A DNA stretch of 64,000 nucleotides from Vitrella brassicaformis CCMP3155 (taxonomy: Eukaryota; Protista; Chromerida): positions 48,201 to 112,200 of the forward strand of contig CDMY01000343.1 of NCBI GenBank assembly GCA_001179505.1. The letters run 5' to 3'. The position numbers and the translations under genes are program-made. Within the stretch, counting starts at the first letter, position 1; every line of letters starts with the position of its first letter. Positions 24,301 to 36,000 of this stretch are shown here, piece by piece. Under the pieces are notes generated by a model that saw nothing but the letters and a program-made list of their open reading frames with translations, searched no databases and was not told the DNA's origin.

Positions 24301-25185
24301 CAATCACACACACAATCACACACACAATCACCTGTGTGCCGGCATGATTGTGTCATCCTGCAGCCTCTCTGTTACCATTGGCAGCGGCCGACGCGGCAGA
24401 TGAAGATGGCTCGTCAGCTATAGAGTCACCGGCTCCTTCACAAGCAGCAGCAGAGATAGTCACATCTGCACACCTGCGAACAGACACAGCACGGACATCA
24501 TATCAGTGAATGTGGCGCCTCATCGATATGTGAGCCTCCGAGTGGCCTGTCATTAGCTTGCCGTACCTCAGTTGGCTACTCGGCTGCCCTTGACTGTCGC
24601 TCTGTTGCTGGACGGCACTTGAAAGTGTCGGAAATCTGCGACAAACACACAGACATCACACAGACTGTCATTACTGATGCCATCAGGCCTTGTCCTCTCT
24701 CACCTCACTGCGTCAGGTCACCGGGAGTCAGACAGATTGGCGGCGGCATCTGTGTTGATCGATGCATCACGACAGCTCTTTGTGCACCTCCCACACAGTG
24801 TACAACGCCCTACGCAAAGCTAGGGTGCTCCCTGAAACCGCTATTGGCGCACAAACGCCTCGCCAGAAGGATGGGTAACGTAGATAGTATAGTTCCTATA
24901 AGTCGAGAGGAGCTGGAGCGTGCTCGTCGTGTGTACCAGAAGCTTGAGGCCGTCCCACCGACCACTCTCTCCAAAGTGGAGCGGGCCGCGTACGGGCTAC
25001 TTCTCAGGGACCATCCGGTTCGTAGGAAAGATGCGCGGGGAGAGAGGGGACACCGCAATCGCGCCTCGTTCCTATGACGCCTCACTGGTCGGTTCGTCTG
25101 TGTGTGCAGCATCACAACAAGGCCCTCGATCGGCTGAGTGGAATAGAGTTCTTTGATTACCTCACCCGACGAGTGCTTCGCCGGC

Positions 25186-26484
25186 ATGTCCAGTGCCCGG
25201 CGATGGCTGACAGGCATGTTCACGGTGAGGCAAGCGAGGGAAGAACCACCACATGCACAACTGACGCCTGTCTGTGGGTGTTGATTGCAGACATCGGCTG
25301 CTGCTCGGGGTGAGGCTGGCACTTCTAGCACGTCATCGTCACTCGAGTCGGCCGCTGCCAATGGTAACCCAACATGTTCGCTGCAGAAAGGCAGAATGAT
25401 ACACCTGTAGTTCTGTGTGTGTGTAATGGTCACAGGTGGCGGTCAGAGAGAGGGCGTTTCGTTCGCTGCCCTCCCTGCTGAGGTGACGCCGGCCATCGCT
25501 GAGTGCCTCAGCAGCTATGCCGACCTGTGTGCCTTCCGCCGCATCGACAAGAGCCGCCATACCGCCCTCACCCCCACCGTCCTGCTGCCCATTCTGCAGC
25601 GTCTGTTGGTCGTCCTGCCCTCCGCTGTCGGCCTCGGTGTGTTGGTGGAGGTGCCCATCCCCCAGCTGCCGCTCCCTGCGGCACTCAGCCACGGCTGCTG
25701 CGTTACGGCACTCTTTGAACAGCTCAGCCGCCGGCTGTTCATTCTCGAGAAGGGCGGCAAGTGGGCCAGATGGAAACCTGTGCTGGAGATGCTGTATCTG
25801 CTGAGAGGCAAGAGGCCACTGGTGCTGGGGGATGACAACTTCGGCGTCTTCGGCAGCCGGGCGGCCTTCATGAGTGAGACGGAGGCGATCCGCCAGTGGA
25901 AGATGCTGAGCTGGGGGGTCACTGTCGATCATGGCGGCCGAGAGATGAGGCTGATGGTGCGCGATAAGATCCTCGAGCGCTCGTCTGCCTATCAGCTCCC
26001 CACCCTCGTCACCTCTGCCAGCCCCCTCTTCCGTCATGATGCATTCGATGGCACCGACCCGCCCACACAGCTGAATGGCTACCTGTACCCCACTTACACA
26101 TCGATGATGGCCTTCGAGCTGTTCCGCCGGCTGATCATGAGCGGCCCCATCTATAACATCAGGCACTGGTCGTCTTACTGTCGTGATACTGCTGCATTCC
26201 GGCGTGTGGGCGAGCTGCTGGCGGCCCCTCCCAGCGACGCGGCACAGTGGGGGGCGGCCGTATTCGACAAGAGGCCGGGATGGCATTATAGGCTGGTGGT
26301 CTTCGGCAGTGAGGCGATGGGCGAGGGGAATCTGGCAGTCATCGAGCTGGTGGGCTGGGAGAATGGACGGTATGTCATCGTGTTCACGACCGAGTCGGCC
26401 CCCTTCGCCCAGACGCGCACTGTGGCGATGAGAGTGCTGGGGAATCAGCTGGAGGGCAAGGTGTGGCGAAGGGAGAACGAATAG
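25186..26484 (+). CDS. Subfamily-B member B1 (F-box-like N-terminus): two small 5' exons plus one large exon
   Basis: Exon 1 MSSARRWLTGMFT, exon 2 ...SAAAN, then exon 3 GGQREGVSFAALPAEVTPAIAECLSSYADLCAFRRIDK...VWRRENE*. Confidence 0.8.
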
Positions 26485-26489
26485 AGGTG

Positions 26490-27060
26490 GATGGGTGACA
26501 GGATGCGTAGTTAAGACTACGATTGCTTGAGGGTGAGACAGACAGATGAATAGCCAAGCAACAAGTCTCCCTCTGTCTGTCTCTCCCTGCATGCGAAGCG
26601 CATGTCGTGTGTACTGTGTGGTGCGTTGCATTGTGTTGACTCTCTCCCGTGAACGGTCTATGGCATGTGTGAGGCTAATGTATGGCGTGACTTCCCTTCT
26701 CATCGCGTGTGCCTTTTCGTGTGTGCACTCATTCATGTGTGAGTGGACGCATTGGGTTAAAAGCTGATGTTTTTCCACCCTTATGCGCCGAAGTGATGTT
26801 CCGATGGATGAGCGTCAGGCTTGGCTTTGTGGCTGTGTGTTGTGAATGAATGAATGGAGACCAATTCATACAGATGTCTGAATCCAGTGTCTGCAGTTAT
26901 GCTCACGACGCATAAGTCGATCAACCACACGGCGCAGCCTGACGAACACTATGATCAGGCCTGATGCAGCCGCGTGTACCTTTCCACTCAATTGTTCACT
27001 CACCCGCCGCACTGCACCGACCCATTGATAAACAAACGCATTCACTTGGCTCTCTGCCTC
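26490..27060. repeat. Dispersed 3'-flank repeat of B and C genes (copies at 29980-30660, 37300-37480 rc, 59490-60140 rc)
   Basis: Shared core gcagcctgacgaacactatgatcaggcctgatgcagccgc, and gtgtgcactcatt..tgtgtgagtggacgcattgggtt. Confidence 0.85.
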
Positions 27061-27387
27061 GAAAACTATACAGTATATAAAGTAAAGAAATTCTGTCTGC
27101 ACTGTGTGGTACAGGGAGTGGGAAGGCAAGACAGCAGGACAGATTGTTCCACACTGATGCGATGCCACAAACACACACAAACCGAAAAGCCCGAGAACGT
27201 ATGGTCACACAGAACAACACAGGCTCGCAAGACGCTGATTCCGTCTCACCCCTTACGACATCAACATATATCATCAAAAGAGCGACGATGAAGTGCCTAC
27301 AGCCAGACATCGAGAGCAGAGAACGTGTGTTGTGAGTGAGTGAGTGAGTGAGATTTGTTGTTCCATCACTCACCTTTTGATGTGTGA

Positions 27388-28299
27388 TCAGGCGCTCACC
27401 CTGGCCATTCCCTCTATGGCCATTCCCTCTATGGCCCTCAGTCTCCTTCTCCTATCTGCATCGCCTATGGGCGGACAGTTGGTGATGGCCACAAACCCTA
27501 CAACGCCCGTCCCATGGCTCTCGTCCTTTGGCCTCAGGGATGCATATAAGCCATCCCCCTCAGACAGCTGCTGCAGGAAGGTCAGCTGCAGCCGACCCGA
27601 TGCGAGGGAGGCCCTTGGCGGAATCACCGTCTCAGAGGCATCCACTTGCTCGCCCTCATGCTCTATGGTCGCCACAAGGTCGAAGAGCAGGGGGTTGCTG
27701 AAAGTGAGCTGTACTACATTCTTCGTCGTCATCTTGAGGTTCAGTATCGAATCGTTGTCGGCTTCAGGGGCGATGGTGTACGTCAGACCGTTGACTGTCT
27801 GTCGGAAGACCTCTGTGCCGTTCGCCGCTGCGAAGATGAAGGTCATCTCATTGCTCGCATCAAAGGGCGTCTGACTGGTGAGCGAGTCGTCCTGTGAGAT
27901 GGTCGCAGATGAGACAATGCTGTTGCTCTCATCGACGGTCGTCAGGGAAACACTGCCCGGGCCGAAGTTCTGAATGGCATAAACCACATGACCCACATGC
28001 ATCCTGTATTGTGCCATGAGCCATGCCATCTGTTTGCACCTGCACATACAGGGAGAAGCTCCCGTCCGTTTTCATAATACCGATCACAGCGAGGTGGTTG
28101 AGAGAGCCTGGCGTGAGGCGCGAAACGGGCTGCATACAGCACACAGGACAAACATCACCATGCACATCAAGACACGTCGTGATCCCATTCGTACCGAGAA
28201 GGCCTGTGCTTGCGTTGAAGTCTGGGCCAGCACAGCAGACGGCAGCAGGGCAGGAACAGCAGCCAGGAGACTCAACACAACGCACACAGATGACACCAT
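27388..28299 (-). CDS. Unknown secreted protein, family C copy 1
   Basis: Signal peptide MVSSVCVVLSLLAAVPALLPSAVLA. The body NFGPGSVSL...LQLTFLQQL...DRRRRL...MARVSA* is homologous to 36001-36924. Confidence 0.7.
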
Positions 28300-28633
28300 C
28301 TTCCCTCACAGCAGCCACAGCACGCGTCTTCACTTCTGGACTCGGCAAACACGCTGGCTTTAGGTAACGAAAACGACATCTGATTGAGAGACAATGCGGA
28401 GCGGAGAGTTCTCTCCTCTCACTTGCGAGCTTGAAGAGTATCGACCCGCCCGAACTGATTGAACTGTCTGATTGATGCTGATCTGACGGGTGAGAGAGGG
28501 GGTGGCGAGGGCGTGAGGGATGACAGTCTGCGTGATGTCTGTGTGTTTGTGGCAGATCTGTCACTCAAGGACTGCTGCTCTCAATCTCGTCTGCGGCAGC
28601 GGGATGAACCAATCCCCGGGATGCTTCACCGGC

Positions 28634-29974
28634 ATGTCCAGTGCCTGGCGATGGCTGACAGGGCTGTTCACGGTGAGGCCAGCGAAGGCAGAAGCACCGC
28701 ATGCACAACTGATGCCTGTCTGTTGGCGTTGATTGCAGATGTCGGCTGCTGCTCCTGACGGGGCTGGCACTTGTAGCACATCATCGGCTGCGTCTGCTGC
28801 CAATGGTAACCCAACATGTTCGCTGCAGAAAGACACACGGTTGCCGATACACCTAATAACACTGTGTGTGTGTGTGTGTGTGTGTGTAATGGTCACAGGC
28901 GGCAATCAGCGAGAGGGCGTTTCGTTCGCTGCCCTCCCTGCTGAAGTGACGCCGGCCATCGCTGAGTGCCTCAGCAGCTATGCCGACCTGTGTGCCTTCC
29001 GCCGCATCGACAAGGGCCGCCATGGCACACTCACCCCCACCGTCCTGCTGCCCATTCTGCAGCGTCTGTTGGTCGTCCTGCCCTCCGCTGTCGGCCTCGG
29101 TTCTCTCGTCGTGTGTCTAATCCCCCAGCTGCCGCTCCCTGAGGCACTCAGTCACGGCTGCTGCATAACAGCACTCATCAAAGAGCTTAGCCGGCGGCTG
29201 TGGATGATGGAGAGGGGCGGCAGCTGGGCCAGATGGAAACCTGTGCTGGAGATGCTGTATCTGCTGAGAGGCAAGAGGCCACTGGTGCTGGGGGATGACA
29301 ACTTCGGCGTCTTCGGCAGCCGGGCGGCCTTCATGAGGGAGACGGAGACGATCCGCCAGTGGAAGATGCTGAGCTGGGGGGTCACTATTGGTTCCCATCA
29401 GAGACCCCTGATGGATGGCGACAAGATTCGCGACCGCTCGTTTGGCTATCGTCTCCCCACCCTCCTCACCAAACCCAGCCCCCATTTCCCCCATGACACA
29501 TTCGACCCCGCCGACCCGCCCACCGACGACTGCGGCACTTATGCCACCTACACTTCAATGGCTGCCTTTGTCCTGCGCGGCTGGCTTGGTGACGGCGGCC
29601 ACACCAGTTGCGCCAGATACTGGCTGTCCGACCGTTTCACTTCTGCTGCATCCCGGCGTGTGAGTGAGCTGCTGGCGGCCCCTCCCAGCGATGTGGCACA
29701 ATGGGGGGCGACCGTATTCGACAAGAGGCCGGGATGGCATTATCGGCTGGTGGTGTTCGGCAGTGAGGCGATGGGCGAGGGGGACATGGCAGTCATCGAG
29801 CTGACGGCTTCGGGGGATCTGACGGATTCGGGGGATTGGACGATGGGAGCTTGGCGCCTTGTGCACATCTACACGACCGAGTCGGCCCCCCACGACCAGA
29901 CGCGCTCTGTCGTGATGCGAGTGCTGGGGGACCACCTGGGGGGCATGGTGTGGCGAAGAGAGAGAGAGACGTGA
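28634..29974 (+). CDS. Subfamily-B member B2 (F-box-like)
   Basis: Same exon layout as B1 (MSSAWRWLTGLFT / ...SAAN / GNQREGVSFAALPAEV...), with a 413-codon open frame ending VWRRERET*. Confidence 0.8.
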
Positions 29975-30895
29975 ATGGGCGGCACGGTAGATGGAGTACG
30001 GTGTGCTTGACTGAGGGTGAGGCAGGCAGGCAGACAGACAGACAGACAAGCAACGGCTTTCCCTCTCTCTCTCTCTGCCTGTATGCGACCTGCGGGTGCG
30101 TCTGCGGTGCGGTGCTTTGCCTTGCCTTGCCTTGCCTTGTGTTGACTCTCTCTAGTGTGGATGGGCTGGCATGTGTGAGGCTAGCGTATGGCGTGACTTG
30201 CGTGCTCATCGCGTGTGCCTTGGCTGACTGATACGTATCAGTAGCAAGCAGTGATTCAACTCTTCGTGTGTGCACTCATTTATGTGTGAGTGGACGCATT
30301 GGGTTGAGACGACGGTCGTACGTCTTGCCTTTGTGATGGGACAAGGCTGATGTTTTTTCGTCGGTGCGCCTTTCTTTGTTCCTCCACCCTCATGCGCCGA
30401 AGTGATGTTCCGATGGAGGAGCGCCAGGCTTAGCTCTGTGTGTGTGTGTTGTGAACGAATGGAGACCAACTCATACAGATGTCTGAATCCAGTGTCTGCA
30501 GTTATGCTCACAACGCATAAGTCGATCAACCACACGGCGCAGCCTGACGAACACTATGATCAGGCCTGATGCAGCCGCACATACCTTTCCACTCACCCGC
30601 CACACTGCACCCACTCATAGATAAACAAAGGCATTCACTTGGCTCTCTGCCTCTATCTAAAGTACTCGTAGAGAGTGAATGTATACCAAAGACCGACAAG
30701 CATCGATCTTCGTTTTTACGGAGAGTGCTGGGGGATCAGCTGGGGGGCACGGTGTTGTAGCGCGGGTGAGAGACAGCAGACAGCTGTTCTGACGTGTCCC
30801 TTCCCCGGCTGCATGCATGAGTAGGAAACAAACACTGGTCGTAGTGGACGTCAGTTGATCTGCATGCATTGACGTCAGAGACACAACATTATGCA

Positions 30896-31854
30896 TCAAC
30901 TCGATGGATGGTCAAGTCCTCTGCCTCTGACGACGGCAGCATCAACGTTCGCAAAGGAGCACGCGAAGAGCGGACAATATCTCGGCAAATATAAAATGTA
31001 GACAGCGGTAGTCACGGCCTCCCTCCCGCCCCACTGCCCGACCGTCTGACCGTCCCAACAAAGAGGCCTGGTCACGTCTGTCGGGAAAGAGAGACACACA
31101 ACAAACAGAGACATGCGTCAAGGTATGTGTTGGCAACGATTAGCCACCTTCTTGGAGGCCGCCGGCTGCGCTGCATCGGGCCCGTCGGCAGGCGCCTCGG
31201 CCAGCTCGGGCGGCGACACGGCAGCCAGGGCGTTGGGCTGCACATAGGTGGCCATGTAGGCCTGCACGGACGCACGCACGAATCGATGACAGAGACACAC
31301 ACACATAGGCATACCATGACTGACTGAATGAGGACCGCCGGCCGCCTTCCTAAGGTCTCATTCTTCACTCACCTGGTGCTGCAGCACGAAGTCGAGGGAG
31401 ACCTCTTCAATAATGTTGACTTGGTCGTCAAACACAAGCCACTTGGCTGCATGCATGATTTGGATACATACATACATACATACGAGTGGACTGACTGCTC
31501 ACTTACATTGGCCGTTCGGTGCGATGTGTCGGTGGTACTCGACGTAGTGGCCACTGTGAAGGCTGCTGCCCCGGTGCTCAATGACAGCTGCGGTCAGGAG
31601 AGCACACAGACAGACAGACAGACAGACCCACACACACATCCATCCAACCATCGACCGTCTCTCTCTCCGTCCTGCCAGTGAGTGGCGCGTGTGTGGGTGT
31701 GGCGGGTGCACCCTTACGTACATGTCAGTATGTGTCCCTCCGTCTGCTTTTGGGCATAGGGTGAGACGTCGAGCTCCTCGGGAAGGAGAACGTGTGTCTC
31801 ATTCTGTTCACACACACACACACACACACAGAGCGGGTGTGTCGGTCAAACATG

Positions 31855-31889
<35 letters not shown>

Positions 31890-32000
31890 TGCTCGTGGCC
31901 CCCGAAGCGCTTGTAGTGGACGCAAAGGGCCGGTGGCACGGTGGCCATGGAGAGCCTTTTGGTTGCGTTGCACTTGTGGCCACACCGCTCACAGAAGTAC

Positions 32001-32036
<36 letters not shown>

Positions 32037-33698
32037 ACACATAGACACGTCACACGCGTGTGTCGCGTCACGTTGGCGTGTGTCGTGTCGCGTCCTAATC
32101 AATGTGTGTGTGTGGTATGTGCGTACTGTTCTCTGCCCTTGAGCTCCTCCGGTTTGAAGAAGGACTGCACACACTCCCGCCCGTCCGCGCTCGGCTGCTG
32201 GCCGGTCTCCTCAGTCAGGTCAACGACGGCCGCCTGCAAGTCATGTACGTACGTAGAGTACACACATTTCTTGCAGAAGGCCAATGGAATGGATAGGCGT
32301 TCGCTTGCTTACGGGTATCTGGACGCTGAGGGACCATGTCGCCTCTCTATCGGTGATGGAGACATGGCCGCACTCGTCACACGTCACAGTCGACTTGAGC
32401 TCGCCTGCAAGTCAAGTCTGTAACTGAGCTGGAGGGGGTTACGTCAACGCAGACACTCTCTGTCTGTCTGTCTGTCTGTCTGTGTCTGTTTGTGTCTGTG
32501 TGTGACGTACCTCTGGAGATGTCCGACACTGCCGTTCTCTTGCTCATGTCTGTCCCGGCCTGCTGCAGTGTCAGGTCGCGGGGTGCGTCGGTGTGCCTCG
32601 TCCTGGCCAGCTCCGAAGCTATAGCACATACATAGACACACACACACACACACACAAAGAGAGAGAGAGAGAGATCCATTCCGCAAACTGTCTCCCCAGT
32701 AAGTCAGTGACTACATGGATGAATTCGAATGCATACCGGCCACGAGTTCACAGTGCAGGTTCTCGAGGAGGCACTCGCGAGCGGCGTGGGCGTCTTCCAT
32801 GCGACCTATCACTGCATGGGACCCATGCACACACACAGATACACACGTGTATGTCGCAAAGAAAGGTGTTCTTTCTTTTTTGAGTGTGTGGCCGCGCACC
32901 GGAGTCGACCGAAGACCGCACGAGCGTTGTGTACATACTCTCGGCCCTCACAGCCAGTGTGTGCTCCTCCTTGGCCTTCTTCTTGCCCTTGCCCTTGCCC
33001 CTCTTGGCCTTCTGCTGCTCGGCCTCACTTGGCGGGTAGAGGTGTTTGGCCAAACAAAATCAGTGAGTGAGTGAGTGAGTGAGTCCATGGATGAGAGAAG
33101 GGCAATATATATGAGGTGCGTGCATCAGTACGCAATTCGTACGAGAGCAGGACGAGGGTCTCCCACAGGAGTGCCGTCTGTGGGTCGTCACGAGGGCTTC
33201 GCTCGAGCGTCCTGCTGATCTCGGCCTCTAGGCGTCCTGTACATATGTTGATCGAGGAACAAATAAATAGCCATATCATATATAGGAGCATGGCATGCGA
33301 CTGATGCATATCAGAGTCTTTCCATGCGTACTTACTTGTGAGGGTGTCATGATGATCCTCGTACCGCTTGACCAGCTCGGTCTTGTGCGTGGTCAGGTAG
33401 TCGCCGTCTGAACACACACATGCGGAGGCCGTAACCAAGGTATTGGACTCATAGATTCCTGCATGCATGCGCGTCAAGGCAACGCTCACGTTTGAGGAGG
33501 TACTTGACCAGCGGGATGACGCGAAACACCGACTGGAACGTCGCATTGGCGTAGCAGTCGTTTTTGCCGACGTTCTCCAGCAGGAACTTAGGAAACTACA
33601 GGACGAAGACACAAACCCACACAGCCACTCATACACTCGGCTGGTTATGTCAACTCTTGAGTGCATTTCTCCCTCCCTGTGACCTCTTGGAGGAGCAT
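30896..33698 (-). CDS. Divergent ubiquitin-specific protease (USP/C19), multi-exon
   Basis: Cys box LENVGKNDCYANATFQ (~33530-33585), GRMEDAHAARECLLENLH, YFCERCGHKCNATKRL, His box VIEHRGSSLHSGHYVEY, WLVFDDQV and AYMATY. The start is uncertain because of an upstream in-frame TGA at 33759-33761. Confidence 0.8.
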
Positions 33699-34641
33699 CT
33701 CATCGTAAGGCAGCGGCGCCTTCTCGATCGAGTGGACGATGAGCCTGTTCTTGGCTTCTCAGTCCCTGCCGTTCTTCGGTGGCGGTCTGTGGAACGGCGT
33801 CATGAACGGGGAATCACCCGGCACACCCGGTGGCCGAAAAAAGTGGCGGGTGAAATCCGGACGAGTTGGCAGGGGTAGAGGGACATGCGGCGGACAGCAC
33901 AAGCCAACAACCAGCCGAAAAGAAAAAGAAACGGAGGATCCGTGGCCGAAACAAGGCTGAAAAGCCGAACGCCGGTAAAAAATGGTGAGGTTTTTTCTTT
34001 TGGGGCGTCTCCGTCTCGTCGCGGGAAAATCTCGCCGCGCCTTTCTCCGGGTGTGTTCTCCGTCAGCCTGGGCCTAATCCATTCAGCGTGCTGTGAGTGC
34101 CTTCCGTCTGCACGTGCTGCCCTATGCCGTCGGCGCCGCCGCGTAGGTGTACTTCCGGGAGATTGCCCGCCTGTGCATCTACTGCAGTCCGAAGACTCAT
34201 ACACGTGGTGTGAAGACTGGTCGTCATACGTATGACTGAGTGGGAATGTCTTCATTTCCAACGTCACCCATTCAGACACAGCACAGCACATGCGTGGGGA
34301 TTTTTCGTGTGGTGCACTCCATGAATGTTTGTCGATGAGTGAGTGATGCCCGTGTACAAATGTGTGTATCTACCGGACCTGTTGTACTTTTTGGCGTCCT
34401 TCCTTTGTGAATGAATGAATGGTGACTGCTGATGCACACAACTGAATGACGTATGTATGTATGTATGCGTGTGTATGTATGTACATATGTACATACATAT
34501 GTACATACATACATCGACCCATCCCCTTTCTCCACAAGACTGCTCACAGCATCTCTGAATGAATGAAATGTGTCCATTTATGTTCATAATAAAGGTAATG
34601 TCTGCCACATCCACACACTGCCTGCCTGCCTGCCTGCCTGC

Positions 34642-35855
34642 CTAGCTGCCTACTAGATGCTCGCCTACTTCAACAGTGCCCGCAAGGGGCCCGCTATCTC
34701 CGTCTCATCCGGCCCCGCATAGGGCCCATAAAACCTGACGCCACGGAACGGCACACACACAGCAGTGTGAGAATGTGTCATGGATGCAGCTGCTGTGCTG
34801 ACCATTTCTTGAACTCCTCGATGGTGAGCTTCCCGTCACGATTGACGCCTGCCCGCCTGAAGGCATCCTCTGTCGTCTCACGCGCGAGATCGTCGGCCTG
34901 CCGTGAATCCATCCATCCATCCATCCATCCACATCAGCGTGACTGCACACATTTTTTGTACCGATTGGACGTTTTGCAGCTGAGCGTGTGACTCGATGAC
35001 CCTCTTGACGCTCGGCGTCAGCACCACCCGAAAGACTGCAGCAAGCGCACCAAGGCAGGCAGTCAGGCAATGTGTGTGTGATGGTCATGCACTTGCCTGA
35101 TGCGAGGAATCTGTGCATCTCGTCGAATGAGATGCTGCCGTCTTTATTGGCGTCGAACGCATCAAACACCGCTGAATGGAACACATGCGACGTCTGCCTG
35201 TCTGGCTGTCTGATTGTTATTCGTCCGAGCCATTCACGGCCTACCGTGCAGCTTATCGTGGTCGTCCCCCTGTGCCATGAGCGCCACGCCGCACACAATC
35301 TCCATCATATCCACCACGCCGTTCCCGTCCTTGTCGAACAAACCGAACAGACCTGCAGTGCACACGCGAAGCACCAGTCGCACCACAATGATGCGTCCAG
35401 CAGCGCACCTTTGACGATCTTCTCGGAGGGCGGCTTGGCGTGCTCGGAACTTGTGTGCTGTGACAGCAGCTCCAAATAAGCACTTCTGAAAGCGTCCTCC
35501 GTCAGCCGTCCGCCTGCTGCCTCAGCTGCCGATTGCAACGCCCGAGTGGCTGCCTGCAGCACACACAATGACAATGCCGGCAATGTGACGAGGTGCTTTC
35601 CGTTAAGCCCAATGTATCTTGTGCGTCTTGTGCTCGCTCACGCACGCGAACGGGAATTTGGTCCAGTCGTGATCTCCCTCTGATGTTCTTAACCCTCGAG
35701 AGCACCCTGTCCTCCTTCCCCTCCGCGTCAGGCTGTTGCTCTGGGTCAATCTGGACGAGTGATGCATCGTCAGATCTGCCGCCGCCGCCGTAAAATGGGT
35801 CCGATGAGTCGACAGCTTCCATCGGAATCTCACTCATGGTTGGTTCAGTCGCCAT
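34642..35855 (-). CDS. EF-hand calcium-binding protein (calcineurin-B/NCS-like)
   Basis: EF loops FDKDGNGVVDMME, FDANKDGSISFDE and AGVNRDGKLTIEEF in successive exons. Starts MATEPTMSEI, stop at 34642. Confidence 0.85.
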
Positions 35856-36000
35856 GATTTGTGAGATCTGCGGGATGCAGCAGCGGTTTCAATCAGAACA
35901 GGATCGCTTGCGAGCTTAGATCTCTCTCATGGTTCTCTCATAGCCTGTTGTCTCCCAGACCAGGAGGAGAAGGCGCGTGCTGTGGCTGCTGTCAGGAAAG

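Noticed and set aside
25339-26778. 479-aa minus-strand ORF (and similar antisense ORFs over the other A and B genes)
   Set aside because: It is the antisense shadow of a GC-rich CDS. The conserved paralogous reading frame is on the opposite strand.
9978-33761. Alternative genetic code or selenocysteine suggested by two in-frame TGAs
   Set aside because: TGA terminates normal genes here (8990, 42801, 51745). No SECIS was recognised, and one of the loci has additional frameshifts.
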